This document shows, piece by piece, positions 27,188 to 38,893 of a stretch of 64,000 bases of DNA. Source of the stretch: Macrostomum lignano. Taxonomy: Eukaryota. The DNA lies in the NCBI GenBank assembly GCA_002269645.1, contig NIVC01000149.1, positions 186,001 through 250,000 of the forward strand, read 5' to 3'. Each line of letters begins with the position of its first letter. Position 1 is the stretch's first letter. The notes under the pieces were generated by a model that saw nothing but the letters and a program-made list of their open reading frames with translations, searched no databases and was not told where the DNA came from. The translations under genes and the position numbers were made by a program.

Positions 27188-28027
27188 TGCAGAGGACGGC
27201 TTTCTACTGCAAAGGCGCACCGGTCGGCGACACCCGGAGAAGAGGCTGTCCCTCCTCGGCTACGCGGACGACCTCGCCCTGCTGTCCACGACGGTCGAAG
27301 GCGCCCAACGGCTGCTGGATGGCCTGACTGTGGCGGCTGCGAGGTTCGGCCACGTCATCAACGCCAAAAAGACCGAGGTGCTGACGGTGCCCCACGATCT
27401 ACCCACCGAGATTCGACTCAGAGACGGCGATGGCCCTGGGACGGTGCTCCCGAGGTGCGCTCAGTTCCTCTACCTCGGCGGGCTGGTGCCGGACGTCAGC
27501 GACGATCTGGCGAGATGGCGCGGCAAGGCCTGGGCCGCCTTTCGATCTGTTCGGGCGGTGCTGCTCTCAAAGGCCCTGTCGGTCAGCGCCAGGTAACAGC
27601 TGTTCCAGGCTGTTGTTGAGACCGCTCGACGCGGCGCATGCGGCTCTGGTTCGTGCCGCGTTCGGCGCCCGCCGCGGCCCCGGCAGCGAGACGACCGACT
27701 CCCTGTACCAGCGAGCGCGCCTGACGCGGCCTTCTGTCCTGCTAAGCAAGCGACGTCTGCGGCTTGCCGGGCATGTCATCCGGGCCGAAGCCTACTGCCC
27801 AGAGCCGCTGCAGGACGCCCTACTGGGGACTCCGCAGGGACCGCGCAGGCACGGACAGAGACGAGCGGCTCGCTATATCGACCGTCTTTTCGATGATGCG
27901 CGAGCCCCCAGCCAGGCAGCCGGCGTGAAGCACGTCAGAGACCTTGCCCTGAAGCGCGCGATTTGACGCCCCCCCCCCTTTGGCCAGTTGTGTGTTCGGC
28001 GCGAGGCGTGACATTATTATTATTATT
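27188..28027 (+). mobile_element. Non-LTR retrotransposon (RTE-like LINE) 3' fragment, decayed
   Basis: Translates to ...LLGYADDLALL...INAKKTEVL...FLYLG...RRLRLAGHVIR (RT catalytic YADD and C-terminal region). Has an in-frame stop and a frameshift; ends in an (ATT)n tail. Confidence 0.92.
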
Positions 28028-28074
28028 AGATTCCTCGGTTAGTATGAATAGTTTCCTCTATTGGTACTCGTAGA

Positions 28075-28175
28075 TGCCCAAGTTAGTGGAATGGGCAGCA
28101 ATGCCTCTCGCCGGTTGTGCGACAATATTGCTTAAAGTGCGCCAAGGTGCACACAGTACACAGTCGCCTTTAATA
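28075..28175 (+). mobile_element. SINE-like 3' fragment
   Basis: GGAATGGGCAG(C/T)AATGCCTCTCGCCGGTTGTG(C/T)GACAAT..GCTTAAA is shared with 58500-58550; AATAAA follows. Confidence 0.6.
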
Positions 28176-28633
28176 AAAAGCAATTTACCGGTAGGAGCTA
28201 GCAGAGATCGCTTAAGTACAATAGGGATAAGCAGAGACCTTGAAGGAAGTCGGACTTGGTTTCAGACCAACTAAATTCCATGCAGGAGCTTGGCAGCTTT
28301 CTTAGAAAGATACTTATTTGGTGTTACGCCTTTCCATAATATAGGGCCTAAGGTATTTGCTAACGAAGTCAGCTGACCTCCACCAGCGGTACTTGATTAA
28401 TTTTCTTCTGAAGAAAATGGGATTAAAATGGCAGAGTTTAGTCTCAAGTCGCATTGGTCTGCCAAAAGTAATTGCTAACTCGGTCTGTTTAAACAGTGTT
28501 GACCTTGTTTCTATGAGCAAAGCGGCGAGAACAAAGGAAAATACAGATGTTTAAATAGCAATTATTGCAGACATCAATTTGGAACGAAGGGCGAGGGAGC
28601 GAGAGGAAGTTGCACCGCTGGCCCGCAGAGCCT

Positions 28634-28717
28634 CAATTAGCCACGCTCTGATAAGCCGTGCGCTGATAAGCTGGGCTTATAAAATGCAAAGTCGACTGAT
28701 GCGAAGCTCACTCAGTC
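28634..28717 (+). promoter_or_regulatory. Candidate promoter of the neuropeptide gene: two TGATAAG (GATA) sites, TATAAAA and an Inr-like TCAGTC
   Basis: TGATAAG at 28649-28655 and 28664-28670, TATAAAA at 28678-28684, TCAGTC at 28712-28717; ATG at 28802. Confidence 0.5.
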
Positions 28718-28801
28718 GCTGGAAGGCTACGATTGTCAATCAGAAAGTTCCCAGTCTTAGTTGAGCAGAGAACTTTAAAAAATTCTACTGAAGGAAACTT
28801 C

Positions 28802-29074
28802 ATGCCAGCTTTGATGCATCTTCGAGGCGCTCAGCTGCTGCTTCTGCTACTGCTGCCGATTCTGCTGACGGCTTCGCCGGCCGCTCATCCGCAGGCCACC
28901 GCGCCCAGCCCGCGGCAGGTCCTGGCGCACCATCCGCCGCAGGGGCCGGTCCCGGTCTCGAATCCCTGCCCGAAGCCGAAGCCGCCGGGCAGCGAGAAGG
29001 AGCTCCGGGACTACTTGAAGTGCCTGGAGAAGTACTTCGATTCTGAGAAGGGCGGCTGGTGGGGCCGGCGCTGA
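28802..29074 (+). CDS. Secreted neuropeptide precursor, NPY/NPF-like (PP-fold), with atypical GGWW-amide C-terminus, 90 aa, apparently single exon
   Basis: Leu-rich signal peptide, Pro-rich segment, helix SEKELRDYLKCLEKYF, then GGWW-G-RR-stop (amidation Gly plus dibasic site). Tyr at -10 and -17, Leu at -13 and Pro at -29 from the amidated end, as in NPY/NPF. Confidence 0.8.
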   Translation: MPALMHLRGAQLLLLLLLPILLTASPAAHPQATAPSPRQVLAHHPPQGPVPVSNPCPKPKPPGSEKELRDYLKCLEKYFDSEKGGWWGRR

Positions 29075-29864
29075 TAAGAGAGAAACTCGGACAGCCTCAG
29101 CGCAGTAATGCTATATTCCTATATTTCTCTCGATATTATATTTTCTTGCAGCTGTCGCTACAGAGTTTTGCGCAAGACAGGAAAAACAAACATTTTAAGA
29201 CTTCGAGATAAGATTCCGTAAACTAATTCTTGATCAGCGTTTGCAATATATTTAATGAAAAATACACGTGTCAACGCCATTCTCACCATAATGGTAATCT
29301 TCGTTGGAATAACTCGGTGATTAATTATTTGGGCTCTAATTGCAATAATTGACAGGCCATAGTTAAGGTACTAACCTCTCATCATCAGTAGTACAGTCAC
29401 ATGATAAAGAAACGAGGATATGCCACGCGGAGACTATAAACATATGGTTAACAGAACGATAAGAAAACAAGGATATGCCAGTCTGAAAAAAGGCATATTA
29501 AAAGTCTACAGATTGATGTTCGGTGCAACACGCATACATTTCTACACACTGATAGCGCAGAGAACGGTCGGATAAAATACAAGGACCAAACTGAATGCAT
29601 GTATAGATCGGCGAGTTTTATCAGTTGATCCTTCTATCCGTCTGACTGCATTCCGAAAATAAGTTTGCATTCAAGTCTGGTAAATTTGGAGAAGAGAAGA
29701 ACGGGTAATTATCAATTGTATCGAGGATATACCTTATTCTGCATTTTGACGAAATTCTTGAAATTTAATATTGATTTTACTTTATTTGTTTTATGCTCAA
29801 AACCATAAATATCGCGATCGGAGTCATCCCCGGCTCATTCTAAACTTCTATAAACAACAACAAA

Positions 29865-31040
29865 TTACGCAGCCCTGTGAGGATCTGTGTCACTGTACCG
29901 CGTTGCTGCCGGAATCCGTTCTGCTCGTACCGCATGTACGGGTCCAGCACCGACTGCAGACGATCGAGCAGCAGCCGGTTGAAGAGCTTTGCGGTGCAGG
30001 ACATCAGCGAGATCCCGCGGTGGTCTTCTTTCCGCGTTGTCCCTGCATTCTTCGGGATCGGCACGATGTGCGCAATTGTCCACTCGGTGGGCGCAGGAGC
30101 GCCGGCGAGCACGCGGTTCATGACGCCTGTGACCTGGGAAGTCACACAGCGGAGCCGCAGCGCTTCGACTGGGACTTCGTCAGGGTCGAGCGCCTTGCCG
30201 CCTGATGTTTTCCGAACGAACAGCACAACGTCCTGGGCTGGTGACTGGGCTGGTGCAGAAGTCCTCCTCAGCTTTCTGCGCCCCGTCAGAGTCCGGACGG
30301 CCGTCCACACTGCGCGGCTCTTCACGTCGGGGCCGGCTGCAGTGATGGACCTGACGGCGTCGTCGACAGCGGTCTGCTGCCGCTCTTCTAGAAGGCGCTC
30401 AAACGCGTCTTCAGCGTTACCCGTGGGCCACCGGTTTCTTCGGAGTCACTCGATGTTGCAAGCAGTGCTTGCCTGATGGTCGGGTCGACCCGCATCAGTC
30501 GCAGGAACAGCGAAGCGCAGTGCACGCTCTGCCGAAGGCGCGGTCCGCGGTCGTCTGCGAACGTGTACAGGAGGCTCCAACCGTCTCCAAAAAGGTCCTC
30601 AAAGTGGAGCACCGGCTCAGCCACGATAGAAAACCTCGTGCAGAATGATGAGGTCCAGATGTAGGTCGTGGGTCAGCTGGACGAGGATCATGCGACGCAG
30701 GGGGCATCAGAGTTCGGCAGTTCATCGTGCCGAGTCTAAGGCGTCCACCTGGTACAGCTGGAGCCAGATGAAGGTTGGCCTCATGGTCCCCGGCTCCACC
30801 CGGCGGATCCATAGTTGGAGTTGCAGGGACTCGGGGCAAAGGCGCCTGACCGCGCCACGGAGTAGCCCTCGCCGGTTGCGCTCGCGCTGCCGTTCAGTGC
30901 GACGTTGCGCGCTGCGCCGACCTTTGCGAGTCACAACTGTGCTGAACTTTGCTGCCGCAGCCGAAGCGCGGCCGTCCGAGCCAACCGAGGTCATCCGCGG
31001 CCCGATGATCTGGCTGCGATGCCAGATGTCAGCACTATTA
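29865..31040 (-). mobile_element. Non-LTR retrotransposon (RTE-like LINE) 5'/middle fragment, internally deleted
   Basis: Endonuclease start LRLGTMNCRTL, then RT N-terminal blocks ALDPDEVPVE..IVPIPK..HRGISLMS..AKLFNRLLL..EQNGFRQQRGTVTQI; breaks off before RT motif A. 5' boundary approximate. Confidence 0.88.
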
Positions 31041-31469
31041 AAATCTTTAAGCATGATGAGAACTTTAAGAAGTTGAGAGAAAATAATTGAGAGAAGAATT
31101 TTTTACCGGGAAAACTTTTTAACCAAGCGCATGCCTGTAAATTCGAAGTCAGGGCCGCTCTTTAATTGTACACCAGGCAGTTGTGTAATGTGAGTGTGAG
31201 TTTGAGTGTGTGAGTCGTCTCTGAATTTAACATTTTTGCTCACGCACATGTCCGTCGAGGTCAGTAGTGAAAATAATCGTTGTGATTTCCGAAAAGAAAC
31301 ACGCTTCGTTCGCGGTAAAAGTGTTAGTAAACTATTATTATTTCATTAAGATAAAAAAAATTTTGAGTGCATTTTTTCTTTTTTATGTCAGTTTGATTTG
31401 CAATTTTAATATGAAGTCTTGCAGTAGTTGTTATACGCATTGTGTTCAATTAAATTGTCGAGAGAGTTT

Positions 31470-31847
31470 GGGTCTCCCTAAAACACGCCCCGCACCGCCC
31501 TGCAGCGCTACACATTAAAACAAATTAGACTATAACTGAAGACACTTCAAAAAGCGTTTTTTGTTAAGCTTCAAAGTTTTTATTAAATTAAGTTTTTTTA
31601 CTATGAAATATAAAATTCGGTGAATAATAAGTGATATTATTAATAATATTAATAAAAAATTAATAATATAATTTAATAATGAAAACAACAATATTAAAAA
31701 TAAAACAATATTTATATTAATAATTAAAGATATTTATTCCATTACTCGTACAACAAATAGTTTTTTTGCAATCAAATACTGCATTGACAAAAAATGTTAT
31801 AATGTGTAGCGGTTCGGGGCGGTGAGGTGCGTGTTTTAGGGAGACCC
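31470..31847. mobile_element. 378-bp MITE with about 47-bp imperfect TIRs starting GGGTCTCCCTAAAACACG and 8-bp TSD GAGAGTTT (Merlin-like)
   Basis: TSD at 31462-31469 and 31848-31855; AT-rich interior. Confidence 0.88.
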
Positions 31848-31868
31848 GAGAGTTTCGAGAGTCAGAGA

Positions 31869-32126
31869 GGCTTTTCATATTACCAATTCCAGAACCAGAA
31901 TCGGTTCGGATCTTCCAAGAAAAACAGCAGTATAACTATTTAATTCTGTTGAATGTTTGACTGCCTTAACAACCTCACTTAGCACAATTTTTCACTTTTT
32001 TTGGCGATTGTCGTTCAATAATAAAAACTTTATAGCACGTATCTCCCTCTAGTTATGGAGACAAAAAGTTATACTTCACAAATTGGTTCTGGTTCTGGAA
32101 CCAGAACGAGCAATATGAAAAGGCCC
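31869..32126. mobile_element. Degenerate MITE with GG(C)CTTTTCATATT termini (possibly PIF/Harbinger-like)
   Basis: Inverted termini plus internal CCAGAACCAGAA / TTCTGGTTCTGG motifs; no clean TSD. Confidence 0.5.
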
Positions 32127-32238
32127 ATGAGATCGAATGTAGTGAATTCCCCCGAGAGAACGATAATCGATTAGGACTAATATCCCACCAAGCACAAACC
32201 AAACCCACAAATTTATATGTTCATTCTAATGAAAGATC

Positions 32239-32350
32239 GGCTATCCTGTAGTTTCGCACGTTAAATTATTTTACGGAATTATTTCGCCCTCTATTCAAGG
32301 GTGGAGGGGGTTGGGGGTAATAATTTAACGTGCGAAACTACAGGATAGCC
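32239..32350. mobile_element. 112-bp MITE with perfect 32-bp TIRs (GGCTATCCTGTAGTTTCGCACGTTAAATTATT) and 8-bp TSD GAAAGATC (Merlin-like)
   Basis: TSD at 32231-32238 and 32351-32358. Confidence 0.9.
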
Positions 32351-33632
32351 GAAAGATCTATTAGTATTTTAGCCAATGACTTGATTCTTTGATAGCTTAG
32401 ACTGTAAATCTGCTAGAACTTAAAATATTATTAATTTAATTTTAAATGTTTCAAAATTGTCTTTTCTTTTGTGTGTATACACATATATAACTTTCACCAA
32501 CACATTTTCAGACACATCTTCCAACACTTCTTACAACAGTTGAAATTTTGCAAAAAGTGTTGGAAAAAGTGTTATAATAGTTAACTCTCGTTGACATATT
32601 TAGACACATTTTCTAATACTTATGACACTTTTTGCAACATTGTAAGTATCAGAAGATGTGCCTGAAAAGTGTGGGCGAAAGTGAGCTAAAGTGTGGACTA
32701 TAGTATCTTTTTGATGGGGTTCTTATAGGTTGATTTGAAATTTAAGTTTTATTTAATTAAGGCAAAATTTTATATACCTAATTTATTTTCAATAGATTAG
32801 GTATGCTTCTCTTAAAATTTAGATATAAGAATCAATCCCTATGAAAAATCTCCCTACCCTAAAACCCTCTATTCCCCATGCCCCCAAGTGGTTAGATTTA
32901 AGCTATATATAGTTAGATTGAAGCTAAAAAATGAAGCTTAAATTTGAAATAAATGGCAAAAACATTTGAAGAAACAAAATTATAGTTGTATCAAAACTAG
33001 AACTATTTTATATATTCTAAGTTCAAAAAGTCTTCTACTGCGTAGGGGTTCTAGTGAGGTTTTTGAAGTTTTATTTTTTATAGTTTTTTTACATTGTTAG
33101 ATAGATCTTTGTGACCAAAATCCAAAATGGCCTCACATTTTAGATTTGGCAAAGGAATAAAAAAGTTATGCCACATTTACTATATATTTTTTTCGCAATT
33201 TCCTATTGCACTTTTATATTACAATTTGTGACCTTTTTTGCGAAAAAATATATAATTTTCACATTCTTTTGCCTGTTATTCTTTTTTCCCTAGACTAATT
33301 TCTAAAAGCTTGGTGTCATTTTTTTGCTTTCTTTTCATACTTTATTATCTCTTCAAGCCTCTCTTAATCTGCTTATGATATTGTCTTGTTCAGCTAGTTG
33401 AAGTAGTGTGTCCAAGCACCTGAAATGTTCTTTATTGGTTAATTTTTTTTCTTCAATAATGATTTTGAAAATGAAATGTATTTTGCTTACACATGTACTA
33501 AACAATGTATTAAACGGAGTTGGCGTCGCTGACCAGGCAAATGCCAAGGGTCGCTTTTTAGGATCGTCTTGTGCTGGGGTTAAAAAAATCCAGCAACTTT
33601 CCAACAGAAGCCTCCATTGTTGACCTCCATAC

Positions 33633-33791
33633 TGTTGTGCTTTTGGCTTTTAGCCTTTAGCAATTGTCAGTCTAGCAGTCTGTTGACCTCTGACGCGTCT
33701 ATTATTTATTTCATAACTTAATAGCATGGTTCAATTTATCAACGCAGTCGCGTAACAAAAATGTCTATGGCAAAGCCATCAACCCACAACA
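33633..33791 (-). repeat. 3' LTR (159 bp)
   Basis: Six substitutions relative to 37815-37973 by manual comparison. Confidence 0.95.
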
Positions 33792-33827
33792 CCCTCCCTC
33801 TTCTATAGGTAGGTGTACAATTATCAT

Positions 33828-36800
33828 TCAGGTGCGATAAAAAATTCTAGTTTTCTTGGCCAAGCGTTCGTTTCGCCTGGGTGACGGCTTGGATTGAACT
33901 CCAACCTCAGTCTGTTGCTGTTGTGCTCTCTCAGCTTGTTCTGTTCCCGGTAGTATCTCAGTGTCTGTCAATGACGGACGCGTCTGTTGGCCATCGTCAC
34001 TTGGACTGCTGCCACCGGGCTTGGAATCCCCCATTTCCGTAGTTCCGTGAGCCTCAAGTACCTCACCGATTCGTAGTTGATCGAGGTGGGTCTTTAGATT
34101 TCGTCCAGTCTCTGTGGTGACAACTGCTGTGTTGCTGCCAAGCATTTTGGCGAATCTCACAGTTCGTGGCTCATGAGAACTCGATGCACGGTAGATGAGT
34201 GATTCTCCTGGGATCCACTTGGACTGAGTGCTGCTCTCCGAGATGGGGAGTCTTATTTGTCTGCCGTTCAATAACTCGGACGGTGATGCTTGCTGCTTCC
34301 CTTTGGCAGCTCTGTAGAACAGTAGAAATCTGTCAATACTTCTTTGGGATAAACCATTGGTCTTGATTGTCTCTTTGACGGTTCGCACCATTCGCTCTGC
34401 AATGCCGTTGCTCTGTGGATGGTAGGCGGGCATTGTGATGTGCAAACAGCCAATCTGGGTGAGCCAGCCGGTCACCGCTTCGCTCATAAAACTAGGGCCG
34501 TTGTCTGACACGAGACACTTGGGCACCCCCTGTTGTGAGAACAATCTTCTAAGTCTGGAAATGACTGTGTCAGCCTTCATGTCGCTCGTGATGAAGACTT
34601 CCGGGTATCTCGAGTGCGCATCCACAATGATGAGTAGATACTTGCCCTCTATCGGACCGGCAAAATCAATGTGCACTCGCTCCTAGGGGTTGTCAGGTTC
34701 TGGCCACAAGTGCCGAAAGTTCTTATTTCTGGACTTGTACGCGTTGCACACGTTGCATCGTCCAATGTAGTCAGCGATGTCACGGTCCATCTGTGGCCAC
34801 CAGAACTGTTCCCTCAAAATTGACTTTGACTTTTCCACCCCAAGGTGTGTTGAGTGTACAGCTGCCAGGGCAGTTTCTCTCAGGACACGAGGCAATACAA
34901 TTCTGTTCATTCTGTAAATAATTCCATCATTGACAGTTAGCTCATCTTGAACCTTCAAGTAGCTGAGTAGGTGTGGGTCGTCAAATAGATTATTGTTAAT
35001 TATGGCTGCGCCCAGGCATCTGAACTCCGGGTCCTCTCTGGTTGCGTGTGCAATGCGATCTAGCTGAATTACTCCCGGGTTGTCAGCTTCGAGGAGTCCA
35101 ATCAATGCTATCTGTGCTTTCGGCTTAGCGGGCACCAGTCAAGATAGCGCATCCGACAGCATTAGCTTTGATGGTTGATACTGTATGACATAGTCATAAG
35201 CAGCTAGCATGATTGCCCATCGTTGTAGTCGAGCTGAAACTCTAGTGGGCAGCTGTTTGTCTGGCGCGAATATGTATGTGAGGGGCCAGTGATCAGTTAT
35301 CAGTGTGAACCTCCGGCCATACAAGAACCGATGGCATCTTTGAATGCACCAAACCAGTGCCAGGCCTTCACACTCTATTTGCGAATATTTTGTTTCGGCG
35401 TCAGACAGAGTCTTGCTCATGTACAGCACGACTTGACCGCTTTGTGTCAACACTCCGCCCAGAGCTCGCTGAGAACTGTCACATTCCAGTTCAATGGGCT
35501 TCTCCGGATCAAATATTTGAAGACTCGATTGATCAGAGAGAGTGACCTTGATTTCGTCAAATGCTATTTGACACTCCTTTGTCCACTCAAAGTCCTCATT
35601 TTTCTTTCTTAGTCGATTGAGAGGCTTGGTCAGTGCAGCTATGTTTCTGATGAACTTGCCACTAAAATTTACGAGACCCAGGAAGGATTCAAGCTCGCCA
35701 ACATTCTGCGGTGGTGTCATGTCCTAGATTGCTTTCACTTTGGCTGGGTCCGGCTTGAGCTGATCTCCTTCCAATAAGTAGCCTAGAAATTTGATCGAAG
35801 TCTTGCGGAATTCACTTTTTGCCGTGTTGATCTTCAATCCTTGCTGGTTTAGTCGATGCAATACTTCCGTCTCATGAACTGTTAATTGTTCTACGCCTTT
35901 GCCGCATATCAATATGTCGTCTATGTAGGCAATGACGCCAGGAATTCCTTGTAGGACTTGGCTAATGTATTGCTGGAAGATCGCAGGTGCTGTTTTCACT
36001 CCGAACGGAAGCTTGTTGAAAGTGAACATCCCAAATGGTGTTGACATTACTGTCAGCTCTTTGGAATCTTCATCTAGTGGGATCTGGTGATAAGCTTTCT
36101 CTAGGTCCAGACGAGTATAAATCCGGCTGCCAGCAGCAGTTGCAATCACTTTGTCAGGTGCAGGCATCGGATATGAATCGTTGATAAGATGAGAATTGAT
36201 TGGCACCTTGTAGTCGACGCAAAGTCTGAGCTTTCCAGAAGGTTTCTTGACCACGACAATTGGTGAGGCCCATTCACTGAACTTGACAGGCTTGATGGTG
36301 TCTTCTTCAAGCAACCAATCGATTTCATCCTTGACTCCCTATCTGAGTGCGAAGGGTAGCGGCCTGGGTTTGCAATGAATTGGAGTGGTTCCTTCCTTGA
36401 TCTTAAGAGTTACTGGTGGAAATTCGCATGACTGGGTTGCCGATGTGCAGCTGTTGTCTACAGCGTTTAGCATGAAATTGAGCTTGTCTCGGCCAACCAG
36501 AATAAAGTTCCTCTGCGATTCCACAATGAAGAATGTGATTGGAATGAACTCGTCATTGTACTCCAACTCAGTGTTGTGTGTTCCAAAGACCTTCATCTGC
36601 GTATCAGCGTATGTTGTCAGAACAGTGTCTGTAGGTGTCAGCTTTGGACACCCAATCGTTTCCAGATCATTTTTGACATTACCGAAACTCCTGCCCCAAT
36701 ATTGATTTGTGCGTTCACGCTAAGCATCGACCCGCTCGTGTGTCTGAGCCTAACAGGCACGGTGTAGCTATCAACGGGATGTCGATTGTGAAAACAATCC

Positions 36801-37786
36801 TCCTGTTCAGCTTCGCTTGCATCTACAAAGCTTGTGGTCCTTGGGCACACTGCAGCTCGCCTAAATTGACCAGATGCTGACGGGCTTTTGAACAATTTTC
36901 GGCCTTTGCCAAAACCAGTTGATTTCGTTTTGCAAACTGTTGCGAAGTGGTTTTGCATGCCACATTTGTTGCACGTTTTTCCTTTTGCAGGACACCCTCC
37001 ATTGGAGCCATGCATTGTGCCACATCTGCCACACTTGGGGCTTGTAGAGTGGGAGCCTCTGGCCACCGATGCTGAAATTTTCATTACTTCAGAAGACTGC
37101 GGCTGACTGGTGCAACCCTTTAGTATTTGCGTTTGTGATAGGTTCTGGTGCACCTCAGCGATGTTGATAGCTGTCTCAAACGTGAGAGTGCTGAAGTCCT
37201 GTTCCAATAACTTGCTGATGGCCACCTTGTCATTCAAACCGAATACGAGCTGATCTCTCAGTCTCTCATCTCTGGATAGGCCAAACTGACACTTGTCTGC
37301 TTGCATGCAGAGTTGCTGTGCATATTCACGAATGCTCATTGATGCCGTGTGAGTGATATGCTGGAAATTGAATCTCTCAGCCATGACGAACGTCTTTGGT
37401 TCCAGGATGCTGGCCAGTAGTTTGGTCAGTTCATCGAAGCTCTTTTCTCCCAGCTTCTTGGGAGCAGCTCGATCTGCCAATGCGTCGTACAGCTTGGTGC
37501 TGAGCTTCATCAGCAGCAGCTTGTTTTTCCTGTCGTCCTGCCAACCGTTGAGTTCGCTGCACAGTGTGAATCGGTCCAACCACCTCTGGAAGTTCGAACT
37601 TTTATCAAGTTTTTCGATGTCAACTTGCTGTCCTCTCGATACTTGTGCGCTTGGGTTCTGCGCTGTCGCTGTTGCCGACTTTGTCGCTTGGACTGATTTC
37701 GACGAGATTGCAAGTGGTGGTGCTTTGTCGCTCGAAACCGTTTTACCAACTCCTTTAGTTGGCGATGCTGGCGTACTTCCAGGCAT
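33828..37786 (-). pseudogene. gag-pol of the Gypsy element, broken by one frameshift and four in-frame stops
   Basis: Gag with two Cys/His knuckles (CGRC..H..C, CNKC..NH..VC); degenerate protease motif NIGAG; RT (LCVDY, YIDDILI); RNase H (ECDSS, TDH.PL); integrase (H..H..C..C, HIDFAGP, SDNG, NGIAERMV). Confidence 0.93.
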
Positions 37787-37814
37787 TTTCGTAGCCTATG
37801 CTTGCCGACGCCAC

Positions 37815-37973
37815 TGTTGTGCTTTTAGCTTTTAGCCTTTAGCAATTGTCAGACTAGCGGTCTGTTGACCTCTGACGCGTCTATTATTTATTTCATAACT
37901 CAATAGCATGGTTCAATTCATCAATGCAGTCGCGTAACAAAAATGTCTATGGCAAAGCCATCAACCCACAACA
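37815..37973 (-). repeat. 5' LTR (159 bp)
   Basis: Matches 33633-33791. Confidence 0.95.
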
Positions 37974-38893
37974 ACATAAATGAAGAATTCGCATCCACAA
38001 CTGCATTGCCATCATCACATCTCAAAAATGTGAGCAGAAAATTAGAATTTTTTGTTTCTCATCTGAAAAATAGTTGCTAAATTCCATTCGTCTACTATAA
38101 GTAGACACAAATATACCACAACAAAATATAATTTTTTGACCTTGTGGAAAGCTTTCCTTGAAAATGTCTCTCTTCCAGTCATTTAGAATTGCATGATGTA
38201 TACAAAAAAGCTATAAAATCCTTGTAGCTACATCATTCCTTTGACTGCGGCAGATTTTTCATTTGGCAATGACAATTTATATGTATTGATGGAAAATTTA
38301 TATCTTCCTTGCGGAAAGTGCTAAGGAGATGCGGTTTTTTGCTTTTGGTAATTTGAAGCCCCTATTTATGAAATCCAGTGGCTTTTCTAGGTAGCTCTTA
38401 TAATAACGCAATGAAAAGAAAGAATAAAATTTTACATTGTTTGTATAGGGGCATTAAGAAAAAAATTTCATCCCAATTTCCCCAAAATTTATCTTTTAGA
38501 TCATTTTCTGTGTATAGTCAACGGCCATTTTGTTATATTCATTCATTTAAAAGCTCAAATTTCAATTTGTATTTCATACCCCCATTTTTCATGAAGGACA
38601 CATTTCTGTTTTTTTGTTTTTTGCTTCAACTTTCAGTGCCTATAACTTCTATTGTAGGGCATATTACACATCATTTCAATACTCATAGGAAAGTATATTT
38701 TGTATACTTTCAGACATATATTTTGGATTTACTTATTTATATCATTTAGTGCCTCTTTGATCCAATTTGCATAACACACATTTGTACATTCTTCATTTTT
38801 GGGACACATTAAACAAAGCTCATTGGAACCCCTACTTCAAGTTCTAGTACTTTAGTATTAGGCCTATCAGAGTATTAATAAGGTATTTTATTA

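Larger units (their letters stand above)
33633..37973 (-). mobile_element. Full-length but inactivated Ty3/Gypsy LTR retrotransposon (Mag-like), 4341 bp
   Basis: 159-bp LTRs TGTTG...CAACA; PBS-like GTGGCG after the 5' LTR; polypurine tract AGAAGAGGGAGGG before the 3' LTR; domain order gag-PR-RT-RH-IN. No perfect TSD. Confidence 0.96.

Noticed and set aside
33350-38340. Gypsy flanks joined on the minus strand read ...CDDGNAVVDANSSFMEVNNGGFCW..., vaguely like a P-element transposase C-terminus
   Set aside because: Many stops and only a 4-residue resemblance; cannot be supported without a profile search.
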